A stretch of 64,000 nt of DNA from NCBI GenBank assembly GCA_963807165.1, contig CAWDZM010000001.1, forward strand, positions 641,471-705,470, given 5' to 3'. A program made the translations under genes and the position numbers. Source of the stretch: an uncultured bacterium. GTDB lineage: Bacteria > Patescibacteriota > Minisyncoccia > UBA6257 > 2-01-FULL-56-20. The notes below the pieces were generated by a model. It did no database searches. It saw only the letters and a program-made list of their open reading frames with translations, and had not been told where the DNA came from. Shown here piece by piece: positions 17,897 to 27,993 of this stretch (position 1 is the first letter of the stretch; every line of letters starts with the position of its first letter).

Positions 17897-20044
17897 ATGT
17901 TACAGAAAAAGCAATTTTCCGTTGAGATCGCAGGAAAGACGTTGACGATAGAGACCTCCGCACTCGCCGAGCAGGCGAATGCCGCAGTTATCGCAAAGTA
18001 TGGCGAGACCGTCGTACTTGCGACCGCCGTCATGGCTCGCAAGGAGAGCGATATCGATTGGCTCCCGCTTAAAGTTGATTACGAAGAAAAATTTTACGCC
18101 GCAGGAAAGATCATCGGTTCACGCTACGTGCGTCGCGAAGGCCGCTCGTCCGAAGAGGCGATCTTAGCCGGCCGCTTGGTGGATCGCACCATCCGTCCAC
18201 TCTTTAACGATAAAATGCGTCGCGAGATCCAGGTGGTCGTCACGGTGTTGCAGATCGACGGCGAGAATGATCCGGAATTCGTCGGATTGATCGGCGCTTC
18301 CACTGCGCTCCTTATCTCCGACATCCCGTGGAACGGTCCGGTTGCCGGCGTGCGCGTTGCGCAGACGCCTGCAGAGCTGAACTTGGGCTTTTGGATCAAT
18401 CCGGACAATAGCGCCACGGAAAAGAATCCGCCGATCTTCGACGCGTTCGTTTCCGGTTCCAAAGATCGTATCAATATGATCGAACTTGGCGGATTGGATG
18501 CCCAAGAGAGGGACGTTGTTGCCGGCTTTACGCTCGCACAGAAGGAGATCAACAAACTGATTGAGTTCCAGGAAAAGATTCGCGCGGAGATCGGCAAGCC
18601 AAAGGCGGAAGTTATTTTGGCGGAGCCGGATGCCGACATCAAAGCGGAGGTGCGCGCATTCTTGGCGGACAAATTGGAAGGCGCAATCTATAAAGCCACA
18701 AAGGAAGAACACACGACCGCCGTTGGTGCTTTGAATCACGACCTCAACCTGCACATCAAGGAAAAATTCGGCGCAACCAAAGAAAAGATCAACTGGAAAG
18801 CGTTGGAATATATGTTCGACGAGATGGTAAACGATCTGGTACACAAGAATATTTTGGAAAAGGAGCAGCGCCCGGATGGCCGCACACTCGACGAAGTGCG
18901 CGCGCTCGACGGCGAAGTGGGATTATTCTCCCGCACGCATGGCTCAGCACTCTTCGTCCGCGGCAACACGCAGGCGCTGGCGATCACCACGCTCGCGGCG
19001 CCCGGGGCCGAACAGCTGATCGAATCCATGGAGACCAACGCCAAGCGGCGCTTTATGTTGCACTACAACTTCCCGCCGTTCTCGGTTGGTGAAGTTGGTA
19101 ACTTCCGCGGCCCCGGGCGCCGCGAGATCGGCCACGGTAACCTTGCACGCAAATCGATCGAGCGCTTACTCCCGAGTAAAGAAGAATTCCCGTACACGAT
19201 CCGTGTCGTTTCCGAAATCATGTCTTCCAACGGCTCGTCTTCTCAGGCTACGGTCTGCGCAACGACGCTCTCATTAATGGACGCCGGTGTGCCGCTCAAG
19301 AAACCGGCCGCGGGTATCGCGATGGGTTTGATGATGGCGACCAACGCCGACGGAACATCCGACGTAAATAACTACAAAGTATTGACCGACATCCAGGGAC
19401 CGGAGGATCACCATGGCGACATGGATCTCAAGGTTGCGGGTACAGACGACGGCGTGACCGGCATGCAGATGGACGTCAAAGTGGACGGACTCACGATGGA
19501 GATTTTGGCGAAGGCGTTCGAGCAGGCAAAGGCGGCGCGCATTCATATCTTGAAGACGATCAAAGCGGTATTGCCGACGCATCGCGAGGCGATCTCGCCG
19601 TTTGTGCCGAAGATCCGTCAGTTCAAGATCGACCCGTCCAAGATCGGTACGGTCATCGGTCCTGGCGGCAAGATGATTAACGGTCTCATCGCAAAGTACG
19701 AGCTGGCCGGTATTGATATCGAAGAGGATGGCGGCGTGTATGTCTCCGGTGTTGACCTCGCAAAGGTGGAGGCCGCCGTCGCGGAGATCATGGGTATGAC
19801 GAAGGAGTGGAAGGTAGGAGAAATCGTGGAAGGCCCGATCGTGAAGATTTTGGAATTCGGCGCGATCGTCGACCTCGGCGGTGGTGCAGACGGCATGATC
19901 CATGTTTCCGAGCTCAAACAGGGATTTGTGAAGCAGGTGGAAGACGTTGTGCATCTCGGCGACCACATCCGCGCGAAGATCATCAAGGCAGAGAACGGCA
20001 AGATCGGCTTGTCGTTGAAGCAGATGGAGCAACCGGCGGCGTAA
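17897..20044 (+). CDS. pnp: polyribonucleotide nucleotidyltransferase (PNPase)
   Basis: Two RNase PH domains plus KH plus a C-terminal S1 domain. It keeps the rpsO-pnp linkage. Confidence 0.95.
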   Translation: MLQKKQFSVEIAGKTLTIETSALAEQANAAVIAKYGETVVLATAVMARKESDIDWLPLKVDYEEKFYAAGKIIGSRYVRREGRSSEEAILAGRLVDRTIRPLFNDKMRREIQVVVTVLQIDGENDPEFVGLIGASTALLISDIPWNGPVAGVRVAQTPAELNLGFWINPDNSATEKNPPIFDAFVSGSKDRINMIELGGLDAQERDVVAGFTLAQKEINKLIEFQEKIRAEIGKPKAEVILAEPDADIKAEVRAFLADKLEGAIYKATKEEHTTAVGALNHDLNLHIKEKFGATKEKINWKALEYMFDEMVNDLVHKNILEKEQRPDGRTLDEVRALDGEVGLFSRTHGSALFVRGNTQALAITTLAAPGAEQLIESMETNAKRRFMLHYNFPPFSVGEVGNFRGPGRREIGHGNLARKSIERLLPSKEEFPYTIRVVSEIMSSNGSSSQATVCATTLSLMDAGVPLKKPAAGIAMGLMMATNADGTSDVNNYKVLTDIQGPEDHHGDMDLKVAGTDDGVTGMQMDVKVDGLTMEILAKAFEQAKAARIHILKTIKAVLPTHREAISPFVPKIRQFKIDPSKIGTVIGPGGKMINGLIAKYELAGIDIEEDGGVYVSGVDLAKVEAAVAEIMGMTKEWKVGEIVEGPIVKILEFGAIVDLGGGADGMIHVSELKQGFVKQVEDVVHLGDHIRAKIIKAENGKIGLSLKQMEQPAA

Positions 20045-20140
20045 AAACGCCCGCCACTGTCTCACTCTAACGTAGGAACGTCCACTCGCTTAACAGCGGT
20101 GGGCGTTTTTACTTGTCGCGGTTATAATGAGAAGAATATG

Positions 20141-20788
20141 CAGACAGAAAAAATCGTATATTTTGTAAGGCATGGACAAAGCTTGGATAACGCTTCACCG
20201 GTTTTTCAATCCCCAGATTCTCCACTGACCGAGAAAGGACGGGAGCAGGTGCGGAAGATCGCCGGGCGTATCGGCAAAATCTCTTTCGATGCACTTATCT
20301 CGAGCTCTTTCCGCCGAGCGGGAGAGACCGCTGGATTTATTGCGGAAGCAACGGGGAAAAATATTGAATACTCCGATCTTTTTGTCGAGCGCATAAAACC
20401 CACGAGCGTCAATGGAAAGCCCCATAGCGACAAGGCAGCAACTGTGCTTTGGAAGAAGTGGAATGAGAGTCTTTATGTGCCGGGTGTGCGCGCTGAGGAT
20501 GGAGAGAATTTCGACGATATCGTTATGCGCGCGGATAATGCCCTCGAATATCTTCATGCCCGGCCGGAGCGATCGATCGTTGTCGTGACGCATGGATATT
20601 TCCTGCGGACGATCCTGGCGCGAGTGCTCGTAGGTGAATCGCTGACGGGAGAAATATTCAAAAAGTTCCAGCGCGGAGCGATGATGGAAAATACAGGATT
20701 AACGGTATTGGAATATCAGAATGAATTGGAAAAAGCGGATTCCCGCTGGCGTCTTTGGGTCTATAATGACCACGCCCACCTTGGATAG
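20141..20788 (+). CDS. histidine phosphatase family protein (phosphoglycerate-mutase-like)
   Basis: The VYFVRHGQS catalytic motif is near the N-terminus. The track ORF starts at 20099. Confidence 0.7.
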   Translation, partial: QTEKIVYFVRHGQSLDNASPVFQSPDSPLTEKGREQVRKIAGRIGKISFDALISSSFRRAGETAGFIAEATGKNIEYSDLFVERIKPTSVNGKPHSDKAATVLWKKWNESLYVPGVRAEDGENFDDIVMRADNALEYLHARPERSIVVVTHGYFLRTILARVLVGESLTGEIFKKFQRGAMMENTGLTVLEYQNELEKADSRWRLWVYNDHAHLG

Positions 20789-20822
20789 GGAGCCGGCTTA
20801 TCTATGCTAAAATAGAAGTAAT

Positions 20823-21251
20823 ATGGATAATCCTTTAAGTAAAGTATTAGCGAAGGCTCCGCCGCCACCGCCGTTGGAGGTGAAGATCCGCACGATGCGA
20901 TCAGATATCGACTCGATGATGAAGAGCGGGGGAGGGGCGCCGTCATTTCAGAATGTGGCGGTCGCAGGACTTTCTCTCGAAGGGCATCAGGCGCCGACAT
21001 CTTCTCCGACGCCGATGCCCAATCTTGGTTCGTTCTCTACGCCTAGCGCGATAGTGACGACCCCGATTGCGCCGAGCGTCAGCGTTCCAGCTTCATCCAA
21101 CGCGCCACTTACTGCCACACCCATTGGCCATGAAGTTGCGCCGGAGGCCAGCTCGGGGAATAGTATTATGCCCCTCGTGATCGTGGTGATCGTAGCTATC
21201 ATCGCTATCGGCGTGGTGGGATATTTCGCCTACACCATTTTTGCAAAATAA
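20823..21251 (+). CDS. hypothetical protein with C-terminal TM anchor
   Basis: Pro/Ser-rich with a C-terminal hydrophobic helix. A terminator follows immediately. Confidence 0.5.
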   Translation: MDNPLSKVLAKAPPPPPLEVKIRTMRSDIDSMMKSGGGAPSFQNVAVAGLSLEGHQAPTSSPTPMPNLGSFSTPSAIVTTPIAPSVSVPASSNAPLTATPIGHEVAPEASSGNSIMPLVIVVIVAIIAIGVVGYFAYTIFAK

Positions 21252-21280
21252 AAATGCCCTCAGGGGCATTTTTATTTTAT
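21247..21280. terminator. bidirectional terminator (ATGCCCTCAGGGGCAT flanked by A- and T-runs)
   Basis: Lies between convergent genes 20823..21251 (+) and recA (-). Confidence 0.55.
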
Positions 21281-21297
21281 CCGGCAGATTATATATA

Positions 21298-22413
21298 TTA
21301 TTCCTTCTCTTCTGCCCCGGTCTTTTCTATAACTCCATCGCCGGATTTAAAAGCTTCTGTAGTTTTCTTTTTTATCTCCTCAAGAAGTTTTTTATCCTCC
21401 TTTAATTTCGTTTTTGAATTCTCAAAGCCGACACCTAAGCGTTCGCCATTGTAGCTAAAGCTCGCTCCGGCTTTCTTAACCACGCCATGCGCGACAGCCG
21501 CGTTTAAAACATCGCCTTCATACGAGATTCCCTCGCCGAACAAAATATCGAACTCCGCAGATTTGAATGGCGCGGCGACTTTATTCTTTGCCACTTTTGC
21601 TTTTACCCGATTCCCCACCACCGCCTCTCCTTTTTTAACCTGCGCGATGCGGCGAATATCGATGCGCACCGATGCGGCGAAGGGGAGCGCGCGGCCGCCC
21701 GGCGTCGTTTCCGGGTTGCCGAACATGATGCCAATTTTCATGCGCAGCTGGTTGATAAAGATAATGAGCGTCTGGCTGTTGTTCGCAATCGCAGTGAGTT
21801 TGCGGAGCGCCTGACCCATCATGCGCGCCTGGCGTCCGACATGCTGTTCTCCCATCTCACCTTCGAGTTCCGCGCGGGGCGTGAGCGCCGCGACAGAATC
21901 CACGACGACGACAGAGATGATCCCCGAGCGCACAAGGCTTTCCAAGATATTCAATGCTTCCTCTCCGCTGTCCGGCTGGGAGATAAGCAATTCATTAATA
22001 TTCACGCCGAGCTTGGCGGCGTACTCCGGATCCATCGCGTGCTCCGCATCTATGAATGCAGCCTTGCCGCCTTGCTTCTGTGCCTGGGCGATAACATTCA
22101 ATGCGAGCGTGGTCTTGCCTGACGATTCTGGACCGAAGATCTCGGTTATTCTGCCGCGTGGCAAACCGCCGACGCCGAGTGCGAGGTCGAGAGAGAACGA
22201 TCCGGTCGGGACGACTGCGACATCAACCTTACTGACATCACCGAGCTTCATGATCGCGCCTTCGCCGAACTTATCCTGAAGCGTGGAAAGAAGTTCGTCG
22301 AACTCTTTTGTGCTCGTATGTTTTTCTGCCTGAGATTTATGATTTTCTACCTTATGCCCGCCTGCCTTCTGCTCCTCAGCGCCTGCCTTTTTAGATGTTT
22401 TCATACGCTTCAT
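21298..22413 (-). CDS. recA: recombinase RecA with Lys-rich N-terminal extension
   Basis: GPESSGKTT Walker A and conserved L1/L2 regions. Extra ~30 aa before ..[22 protein letters not shown]. Confidence 0.95.
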   Translation of the reverse strand: MKRMKTSKKAGAEEQKAGGHKVENHKSQAEKHTSTKEFDELLSTLQDKFGEGAIMKLGDVSKVDVAVVPTGSFSLDLALGVGGLPRGRITEIFGPESSGKTTLALNVIAQAQKQGGKAAFIDAEHAMDPEYAAKLGVNINELLISQPDSGEEALNILESLVRSGIISVVVVDSVAALTPRAELEGEMGEQHVGRQARMMGQALRKLTAIANNSQTLIIFINQLRMKIGIMFGNPETTPGGRALPFAASVRIDIRRIAQVKKGEAVVGNRVKAKVAKNKVAAPFKSAEFDILFGEGISYEGDVLNAAVAHGVVKKAGASFSYNGERLGVGFENSKTKLKEDKKLLEEIKKKTTEAFKSGDGVIEKTGAEEKE

Positions 22414-22462
22414 TATATCAGAGCGGTCGTTAAATTTATATTAAGAAAGGGTTAAAAATCGA

Positions 22463-23203
22463 TTAAAAGGAGGCAGTCCCGGAAGGGCTGGTAGAGTTGA
22501 CAGACGGGAGGGTGTTCCCGGTAGAGCTGGCAGTGGAGCTTGCCGCCACGCCGCCCACTGGCTGGTAGAATATCTGCTCTGTCACGGTCGTTTCGCCACC
22601 AAGGAACTTTTTTGCGGAGATCTCAAACGGATTAGGGCCGATGCCGAGCAGTACGCCTTTCTGCCATGAACCATCGGCGCCGACGATGATCTGCTCTTGT
22701 TCTCCATTTGCACCGACAAGATAGAGTGAGTCCGCGCCGCTCACCATGCCAGATAATGTGATCGTGCTTGATGTCGTTACGTATGGATTTGCGTTGGGGA
22801 TTTCAACGACGAGTGTCGGCTTGCCAAAAATGCGCGGTGCTTGGAACGCAAGATAGATGAGGATCAGGATTCCCGCGCCGATCGCCCAGAGATATTTTGG
22901 TGGCGATTGTTTGATGAAGCGGTTGCGGGGAAGTGTATCGAAGCCGCCGGAATTTTTTACCACCCCTTCCTTTTTTAATTTTGCCCACCACTCTTCGCCG
23001 TCAAATTCGAGGACTGCGCCGAGGTGGAGGAGGTAGCCATGAAAGTACGGCGCCGATGGCATGCTATCGTAATCGCCGCGCAATAAGGACTCGATGTGTG
23101 CCGGGGCGATGCCGGTCATCTCCGCAAGCTTTTTCAGGGAAACGCCGCGCTCCTTTATCTTTTCCGCAAAAAAATGTTCGAAGGGAAGATCGTTGGGATT
23201 CAT
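22463..23203 (-). CDS. RodZ-like protein (XRE-type HTH + TM helix + C-terminal beta domain)
   Basis: N-terminal HTH LKKLAEMTGIAPAHIESLLRG, a TM segment WAIGAGILILIYLAF and a Ser/Thr-rich tail. It is co-directional with recA. Confidence 0.6.
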   Translation of the reverse strand: MNPNDLPFEHFFAEKIKERGVSLKKLAEMTGIAPAHIESLLRGDYDSMPSAPYFHGYLLHLGAVLEFDGEEWWAKLKKEGVVKNSGGFDTLPRNRFIKQSPPKYLWAIGAGILILIYLAFQAPRIFGKPTLVVEIPNANPYVTTSSTITLSGMVSGADSLYLVGANGEQEQIIVGADGSWQKGVLLGIGPNPFEISAKKFLGGETTVTEQIFYQPVGGVAASSTASSTGNTLPSVNSTSPSGTASF

Positions 23204-23253
23204 ATAATCTGATTCTACGGCGCAATAAGAAAATAGTCCATTTTACCCGCCCC

Positions 23254-23378
23254 CGCCACTTGCAAGATGCACTCCTTTTGAAAGGACGGTGTTCCGGCCT
23301 GCTGACCGGCCACCTTGGCTCTCGCCGCCTTCGCGGCTCCGAGACACCTTTCAAAAGGAGTGCATCTTGCAAGTGGCG
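23254..23378. repeat. palindromic structured element, copy B (32-bp perfect inverted arms, 61-nt core)
   Basis: Arms 23254-23285 / 23347-23378. The core is ~85% identical to copy A, with compensatory changes in both hairpins. Confidence 0.7.
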
Positions 23379-23427
23379 AGGCGCAGCAAGAACTATTTTC
23401 TTATTGCTTGAGTGATAAAATAAAAAA

Positions 23428-23460
23428 AACAAAAGACCCAGAAATGGGTCTTTTGTTTTC
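23428..23460. terminator. bidirectional terminator (AAAAGACCCAgaaaTGGGTCTTTT)
   Basis: Perfect 10-bp stem with A/T runs on both sides. Confidence 0.5.
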
Positions 23461-23565
23461 GTCCAACATAGTGCGGACTCCTCCTCGCCAGTTGGTAATT
23501 CTATTTTACTTGAAAAGAACAACCCGTCAAATTGCATTTAACAATTTTTTAATAATTCTTCGTCG

Positions 23566-23636
23566 GTGGTGGAAGAGAGGGGAGTCGAACCCCTTGGACC
23601 CAACTGGCGAGAAGGATCCCGCAACCGTGCCTCCCC
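23566..23636 (-). other. tRNA-like element: canonical T-arm (AGGGG-TTCGACT-CCCCT), 7-bp acceptor helix with two G.U pairs, encoded discriminator A + CCA, but no convincing D/anticodon arms
   Basis: Minus-strand read: GGGGGAG-gcacggttgcgggatccttctcgccagttgggtcca-AGGGGTTCGACTCCCCT-CTCTTCC-A-CCA, 71 nt in total. Confidence 0.3.
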
Positions 23637-23689
23637 CACCACAAAAACGATTATAACTATCGCAGATTAAATTTCTCTAAAATAAAAAA

Positions 23690-23730
23690 TCGCCGTCGCT
23701 TGGGAAGGGGCGACGACGAGGTGGTATAGT
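23690..23730 (-). terminator. rho-independent terminator for 23732..24289 (CGTCGCCCCTTCCCAAGCGACG + T-run on minus strand)
   Basis: Hairpin followed by aTTTTTTATTTT on the minus strand. Confidence 0.5.
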
Positions 23731-23731
23731 G

Positions 23732-24289
23732 CTATTGAATCATTGGCGGGTAGCTGAGGCTTTGCAGTATCAGATTTTTCCCTTCCGCGAACTTCGTATC
23801 TGCATCGGCAAAGCGATGATGGTTGGTAAGCGCGATATGCCCCTGCTCCATCGCTTTATATGCCGAGGTTTGAATAGTGAACCACTCGCACATTCGTTGG
23901 AAGCCTTGTGCGATTTCTTCCAGTGTATGCTTCGAGTTCCACGTTCTCTGGTGGAGGAATATTCCGACAGAGTGCTTGAACGAATGAAGCACGATTGTTT
24001 CGCCGCAGACAACATAGTTTGTCCAGTTGAAAGTATCTATGCCGAGCGCGACATCCTGGCTGTCGAGCACAAAACGGCTGATAGTGAGGGGGTCCTTGGT
24101 GAGTCCGAGGAGTATTTCCATCCGCGAAAGAACATAGTCCGGGTCGGTAAGGATACCCTCGAATCGCCAACACGCTTCCACGACGTTGTAATTAATATTA
24201 CAACGGCGATTCAAGATTTTGAGACCTCTGAGTTTTTCCTCAAACTTCTTTTCGTACAGTTGGTCGTATGCTGTCCGAAGATTCTGCAT
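23732..24289 (-). CDS. hypothetical protein (185 aa)
   Basis: Preferred over the overlapping plus-strand ORF 23729..24376. It is co-directional with upstream ftsK, has its own terminator, and has balanced composition. Confidence 0.45.
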   Translation of the reverse strand: MQNLRTAYDQLYEKKFEEKLRGLKILNRRCNINYNVVEACWRFEGILTDPDYVLSRMEILLGLTKDPLTISRFVLDSQDVALGIDTFNWTNYVVCGETIVLHSFKHSVGIFLHQRTWNSKHTLEEIAQGFQRMCEWFTIQTSAYKAMEQGHIALTNHHRFADADTKFAEGKNLILQSLSYPPMIQ

Positions 24290-24420
24290 TACGCCGATTT
24301 AGAGGGTAAATTTCATAACCCATCCTTTCATGCCGCACTGAAGCGGAGTGATGCTTTAATAGGGCATCAGACCTAAACTGTATTCTTTTTATTCCTTTTC
24401 CTAAGATGTGTCAATTAAGA

Positions 24421-26670
24421 CTACGAAAGTCGCTGATCGATCTTCTCGATATTCACGTCGCGGGGCTTGGCACCGTCGCCGGGGCCGATGAGGTCGGCGG
24501 CTTCCATGAGGTCGAGCAGGCGCGCGGCGCGGGCGTAGCCAACTTTGAGGCGGCGCTGGAGCAATGATGCGGACGCTTTCTTGGCTTCGGCAACGACGGC
24601 GACGGCTTCGTCAAACATATCATCCTCACTTTCTTCACTCTCGCCGCTCGCGTTGATAAAGTGGTCAAAACCTGCAGGCATGATCGGTCCGGCCTTGTCG
24701 ATATTCTCCTCGCCATCTTCCGACGGCTCAGGCATCTCCACTTTATTATTCTCTTTTATAAATTCAACCACACTCTTTAATTCTTCTTCGGTGATGTACG
24801 AACCTTGGATACGTTTTGGTTTGGAAAGTTCCGCGGATAGGAAGAGGAGGTCGCCATGGCCGAGCAGTTTTTCTGCGCCAGCGCCATCTAAGATGGTGCG
24901 CGAATCGATCTGCGACGCCACCTGAAGTGCGATACGTGCGGGGATGTTTGCCTTGATGAGTCCGGTGATCACTTCAACGGACGGGCGCTGCGTGGCTAAC
25001 AATAAATGAATACCGGTCGCGCGCGCCATCTGCGCAAGGCGCACGATCGCGCCTTCCACCTCGCGGCCGAACGAGCTCATAAGATCCGCCATCTCGTCGA
25101 TGCCGATCAAAATAAATGGCAACTGATCTTCTGGTTTTGCCTTTGCATTATAGCTCTTGATATCGCGACTACCGGCGTGTTGCAAAATCTCATAACGGCG
25201 ATCCATCTCTTGAATAGCCCATTTAAGAACGCCGAGCGCTTTTTTGTTTTCCGTAATGACGGGCGTGATCAAGTGTGGGATGCCATCGTACATGGAAAGT
25301 TCGACGCGTTTTGGATCGATGAGTACGAGACGCAGCGTCGCCGGTGAATTCTTATAAAGGAGTGAAGTGATGAGCGAGTGCACCAAAATAGATTTTCCGG
25401 AACCGGTCGCGCCAGCGACGAGCATGTGTGGCATCTTCTCAATATTCGCAAAGATCGGTTCGCCGGAAACGTCGCGGCCGAGCACAAAGCCGAGCGGGCC
25501 GGACTGCATGAATTCCGGATAGTTCATCAAGCTGCCAAGGCGCACGAGCGCGGCGGTCTTGTTCGGTACCTCGATGCCGACGAGCGACTTGCCGGGGATC
25601 GGCGCTTCGATGCGGATCGGATGCGCCGCGAGCGAGAGCGCAAGGTCCTGGCTGAGCGCGGTAATGCGCGAGAGCTTGACCCCCTCCGCCGGCTTTAATG
25701 TGTAGCGCGTGACCGCCGGGCCGACGTTGATCTCTCCCATCTCGACGGGGATGCCGAAGCTATCGAGCGTACGCTTGATGATGTTCGCGTGCGCAAGGAG
25801 GTCGCCGGTGGTCGGCTTGCTCATGTCGGAATTCAAAAGCGAGAGCGGCGGCGGGACGTAGTTGGTGAAGATCGGTGCCTTTGTGGATTTTTTTATTTTA
25901 CCTGCTAGTTCTTCGCCATTCTTTGCGTGGACGACGGTTGGCTCTTCCGGCGCGGATGATTTTTTATCCTTCATCTCTTTTTCGGCGGAAATTTTCTTTA
26001 TTATGGCAACTTCTTCATCTGCGCCGGTGACGAGCAAAGGAATGTCCTCCTCGTCTTCTTCGCCACCTTCATTATTCCATGGCCAGTTCACTGTGATCGG
26101 CACATTTGCGGTCACAAGGACGGAGATGATCAAGATAAAAATATCGATCGTCGTTGCCGCGATGACGCCGAACGGAACATGGAGCGATCCAAACACCAGT
26201 CCGAGCCAGCCGCCATGTCCGGGGGAGAGGAGTTCGATGAGGCCGAGCACGGAAAGAATGAGTAGTGTCGAGCCAATAAGCGTGGTGGCGAGGATGCGTT
26301 TCTGCCGCGAAAGCAGGAATACCGCTGCGGCAAAGAGCAGTGTGGCGGGCAGGATGAGATAGCCCCAACCAAGCAGGGCGTCGAGTCCACTATATATAGC
26401 GGCGCCAGCCGGCCCGGCGATAGAGAACCATGCGAGGACGAGTACCGCCGCCGCGCAAATAAAGCTGATCGCCCAGATGCTGTTCTTCGTCTCGGCGTGG
26501 AGTCGCGGCTCGCGCGCCGCCGCCTTCCGGCCATTCGCGTTGGCGCTAACACGTTCGTCGCCCGAATTTCGCCCGCCACCGTTGCCGGACTTCGACCCGC
26601 CGTTTTTTCCCTTCTTTTTCTTTTTCGCCATTACGTGATTTATTTTAACATCAGTTCGGGATTTATGCAT
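24421..26670 (-). CDS. ftsK: DNA translocase FtsK/SpoIIIE
   Basis: N-terminal TM helices, linker, an ATPase domain with VAGATGSGKS Walker A, and a C-terminal gamma (wHTH) domain. Confidence 0.9.
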   Translation of the reverse strand: MHKSRTDVKINHVMAKKKKKGKNGGSKSGNGGGRNSGDERVSANANGRKAAAREPRLHAETKNSIWAISFICAAAVLVLAWFSIAGPAGAAIYSGLDALLGWGYLILPATLLFAAAVFLLSRQKRILATTLIGSTLLILSVLGLIELLSPGHGGWLGLVFGSLHVPFGVIAATTIDIFILIISVLVTANVPITVNWPWNNEGGEEDEEDIPLLVTGADEEVAIIKKISAEKEMKDKKSSAPEEPTVVHAKNGEELAGKIKKSTKAPIFTNYVPPPLSLLNSDMSKPTTGDLLAHANIIKRTLDSFGIPVEMGEINVGPAVTRYTLKPAEGVKLSRITALSQDLALSLAAHPIRIEAPIPGKSLVGIEVPNKTAALVRLGSLMNYPEFMQSGPLGFVLGRDVSGEPIFANIEKMPHMLVAGATGSGKSILVHSLITSLLYKNSPATLRLVLIDPKRVELSMYDGIPHLITPVITENKKALGVLKWAIQEMDRRYEILQHAGSRDIKSYNAKAKPEDQLPFILIGIDEMADLMSSFGREVEGAIVRLAQMARATGIHLLLATQRPSVEVITGLIKANIPARIALQVASQIDSRTILDGAGAEKLLGHGDLLFLSAELSKPKRIQGSYITEEELKSVVEFIKENNKVEMPEPSEDGEENIDKAGPIMPAGFDHFINASGESEESEDDMFDEAVAVVAEAKKASASLLQRRLKVGYARAARLLDLMEAADLIGPGDGAKPRDVNIEKIDQRLS

Positions 26671-26689
26671 TTGTTATACAATAGAGGAT

Positions 26690-27448
26690 ATGCAACTCTC
26701 TAAAAAATCGCTTATCGTATTTGATCTCGATGGAACTCTTACCGAGAGCAAGGCGCCGCTCAAGCCCGATATGGCGCGGGCGCTCGCCGCGCTCCTTGCA
26801 CAGAAAAAAGTTGCCATTATCGGTGGCGGTAGCTATGAACAGTTCCAAAATCAGTTCGTGGGACACTTTTCGTGTGCCCCTGCGTTGTTTGAAAACCTTT
26901 TCCTTTTTCCGACCACATCGACTTCGTTCTATCGTTATCGCCACCGTGGATGGAAAAAAGTATATCGAAAAGTTTTGAGTGTGGCAGAAAAGAAAAAGAC
27001 TATGCGTACGTTCGCGAATGCATTTGCCGCTACCGGATATGTTCAGCCGAAAAAAGTGTGGGGCACCGTGATTGAGGATCGCGGGACACAGATCACGTTT
27101 TCTGCACTTGGGCAGAAAGCGCCCGTCAAAGCAAAGGCGATGTGGAATAAAAAAAATGATGTGCGGGCGGCGCTCATGAAGATCATGAAAAAAGAATTGC
27201 CTCAGTTTGAGGTTCGTAGTGGTGGACTTACCTCTATCGATGTCACAAAAAAAGGTATTGATAAGGCCTACGGCGTCCGCCAGATAGAAAAAGTATTAAA
27301 AATTCCTATAAAAAATATGGTGTTTATCGGCGATGCGCTCTATCCGGGCGGCAATGACGCGGCGGCGAAGAAAACCGGCGTGCAGACGATCGCGGTGAAG
27401 GGTCCGCGCGATACGATCGCGATCATTAAAAAAATATTAAAAAGCTGA
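26690..27448 (+). CDS. HAD-IIB family hydrolase (Cof/phosphomannomutase-like)
   Basis: Motif I LIVFDLDGTLT and C-terminal FIGDALYPGGNDAAA (motif IV). Confidence 0.75.
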   Translation: MQLSKKSLIVFDLDGTLTESKAPLKPDMARALAALLAQKKVAIIGGGSYEQFQNQFVGHFSCAPALFENLFLFPTTSTSFYRYRHRGWKKVYRKVLSVAEKKKTMRTFANAFAATGYVQPKKVWGTVIEDRGTQITFSALGQKAPVKAKAMWNKKNDVRAALMKIMKKELPQFEVRSGGLTSIDVTKKGIDKAYGVRQIEKVLKIPIKNMVFIGDALYPGGNDAAAKKTGVQTIAVKGPRDTIAIIKKILKS

Positions 27449-27501
27449 GCACGCCGCGAAAATCATTGACTGAGCCGCAGTAAAAGCGTATATTCTGGGT
27501 A

Positions 27502-27981
27502 ATGCCAGATACCTTTATCAGCTCACTAGGAATGAAATTGACGGTACCCGAAGTGGTGCAAGAGATCATCGCATTCATGGGGGCCGACCTTTTGTATAAA
27601 TATAGAGTGACGATCGGCACCGACTCCCAACTCCTCGCCAGTAAGAACGCCGATTTTGTGAACGCGGTCGTGGTGCATCGCATCGGCAATGGCGGCCGCT
27701 ACTTTTACCGCCGCTTCGAGCTGGGAAAATTCCACACATTGCGCGACCGGATGATCCGCGAGGCGATAATCTCGCTCGAGGTTGCGCAAGGCGTACTCGC
27801 CGAACTCAAGAAATTTCCACTTCCGGAATTCGAGTTTGAGATCCACGCGGACATCGGCATGAACGGCCCGACAAAGGCGGTGATCCAAGAGATCGTCGGT
27901 ATGATCCGCGCAAACAATTTTGAAGTGCGCATCAAGCCCGATAGCTACGCCGCCACGAATGTTGCGGACCGGCACGTTTAG
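27502..27981 (+). CDS. RNase H-like fold protein (YkuK/DUF458-like), tentative
   Basis: TIGTDSQ ... IHADIG ... ATNVADRH acidic/His pattern at ~160 aa length. Confidence 0.4.
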   Translation: MPDTFISSLGMKLTVPEVVQEIIAFMGADLLYKYRVTIGTDSQLLASKNADFVNAVVVHRIGNGGRYFYRRFELGKFHTLRDRMIREAIISLEVAQGVLAELKKFPLPEFEFEIHADIGMNGPTKAVIQEIVGMIRANNFEVRIKPDSYAATNVADRHV

Positions 27982-27993
27982 TATTTACAAAAT

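Noticed and set aside
17979-20065. ORFs internal or antisense to pnp (for example 18164..18844 minus, 19274..20065 minus)
   Set aside because: Shadow ORFs within a highly conserved PNPase gene.
23380-23990. tmRNA (ssrA) hypothesis for the tRNA-like element with CCA and G.U acceptor
   Set aside because: The paired 5' and 3' ends are only 71 nt apart. No tag-peptide reading frame or pseudoknot domain fits, and a terminator plus a protein gene occupy the space a ~350-nt tmRNA would need.
23729-24376. Plus-strand 215-aa ORF
   Set aside because: The minus-strand ORF 23732..24289 fits the local operon direction (downstream of ftsK), has a terminator, and has more protein-like composition. The plus ORF is Cys/His-rich and atypical.
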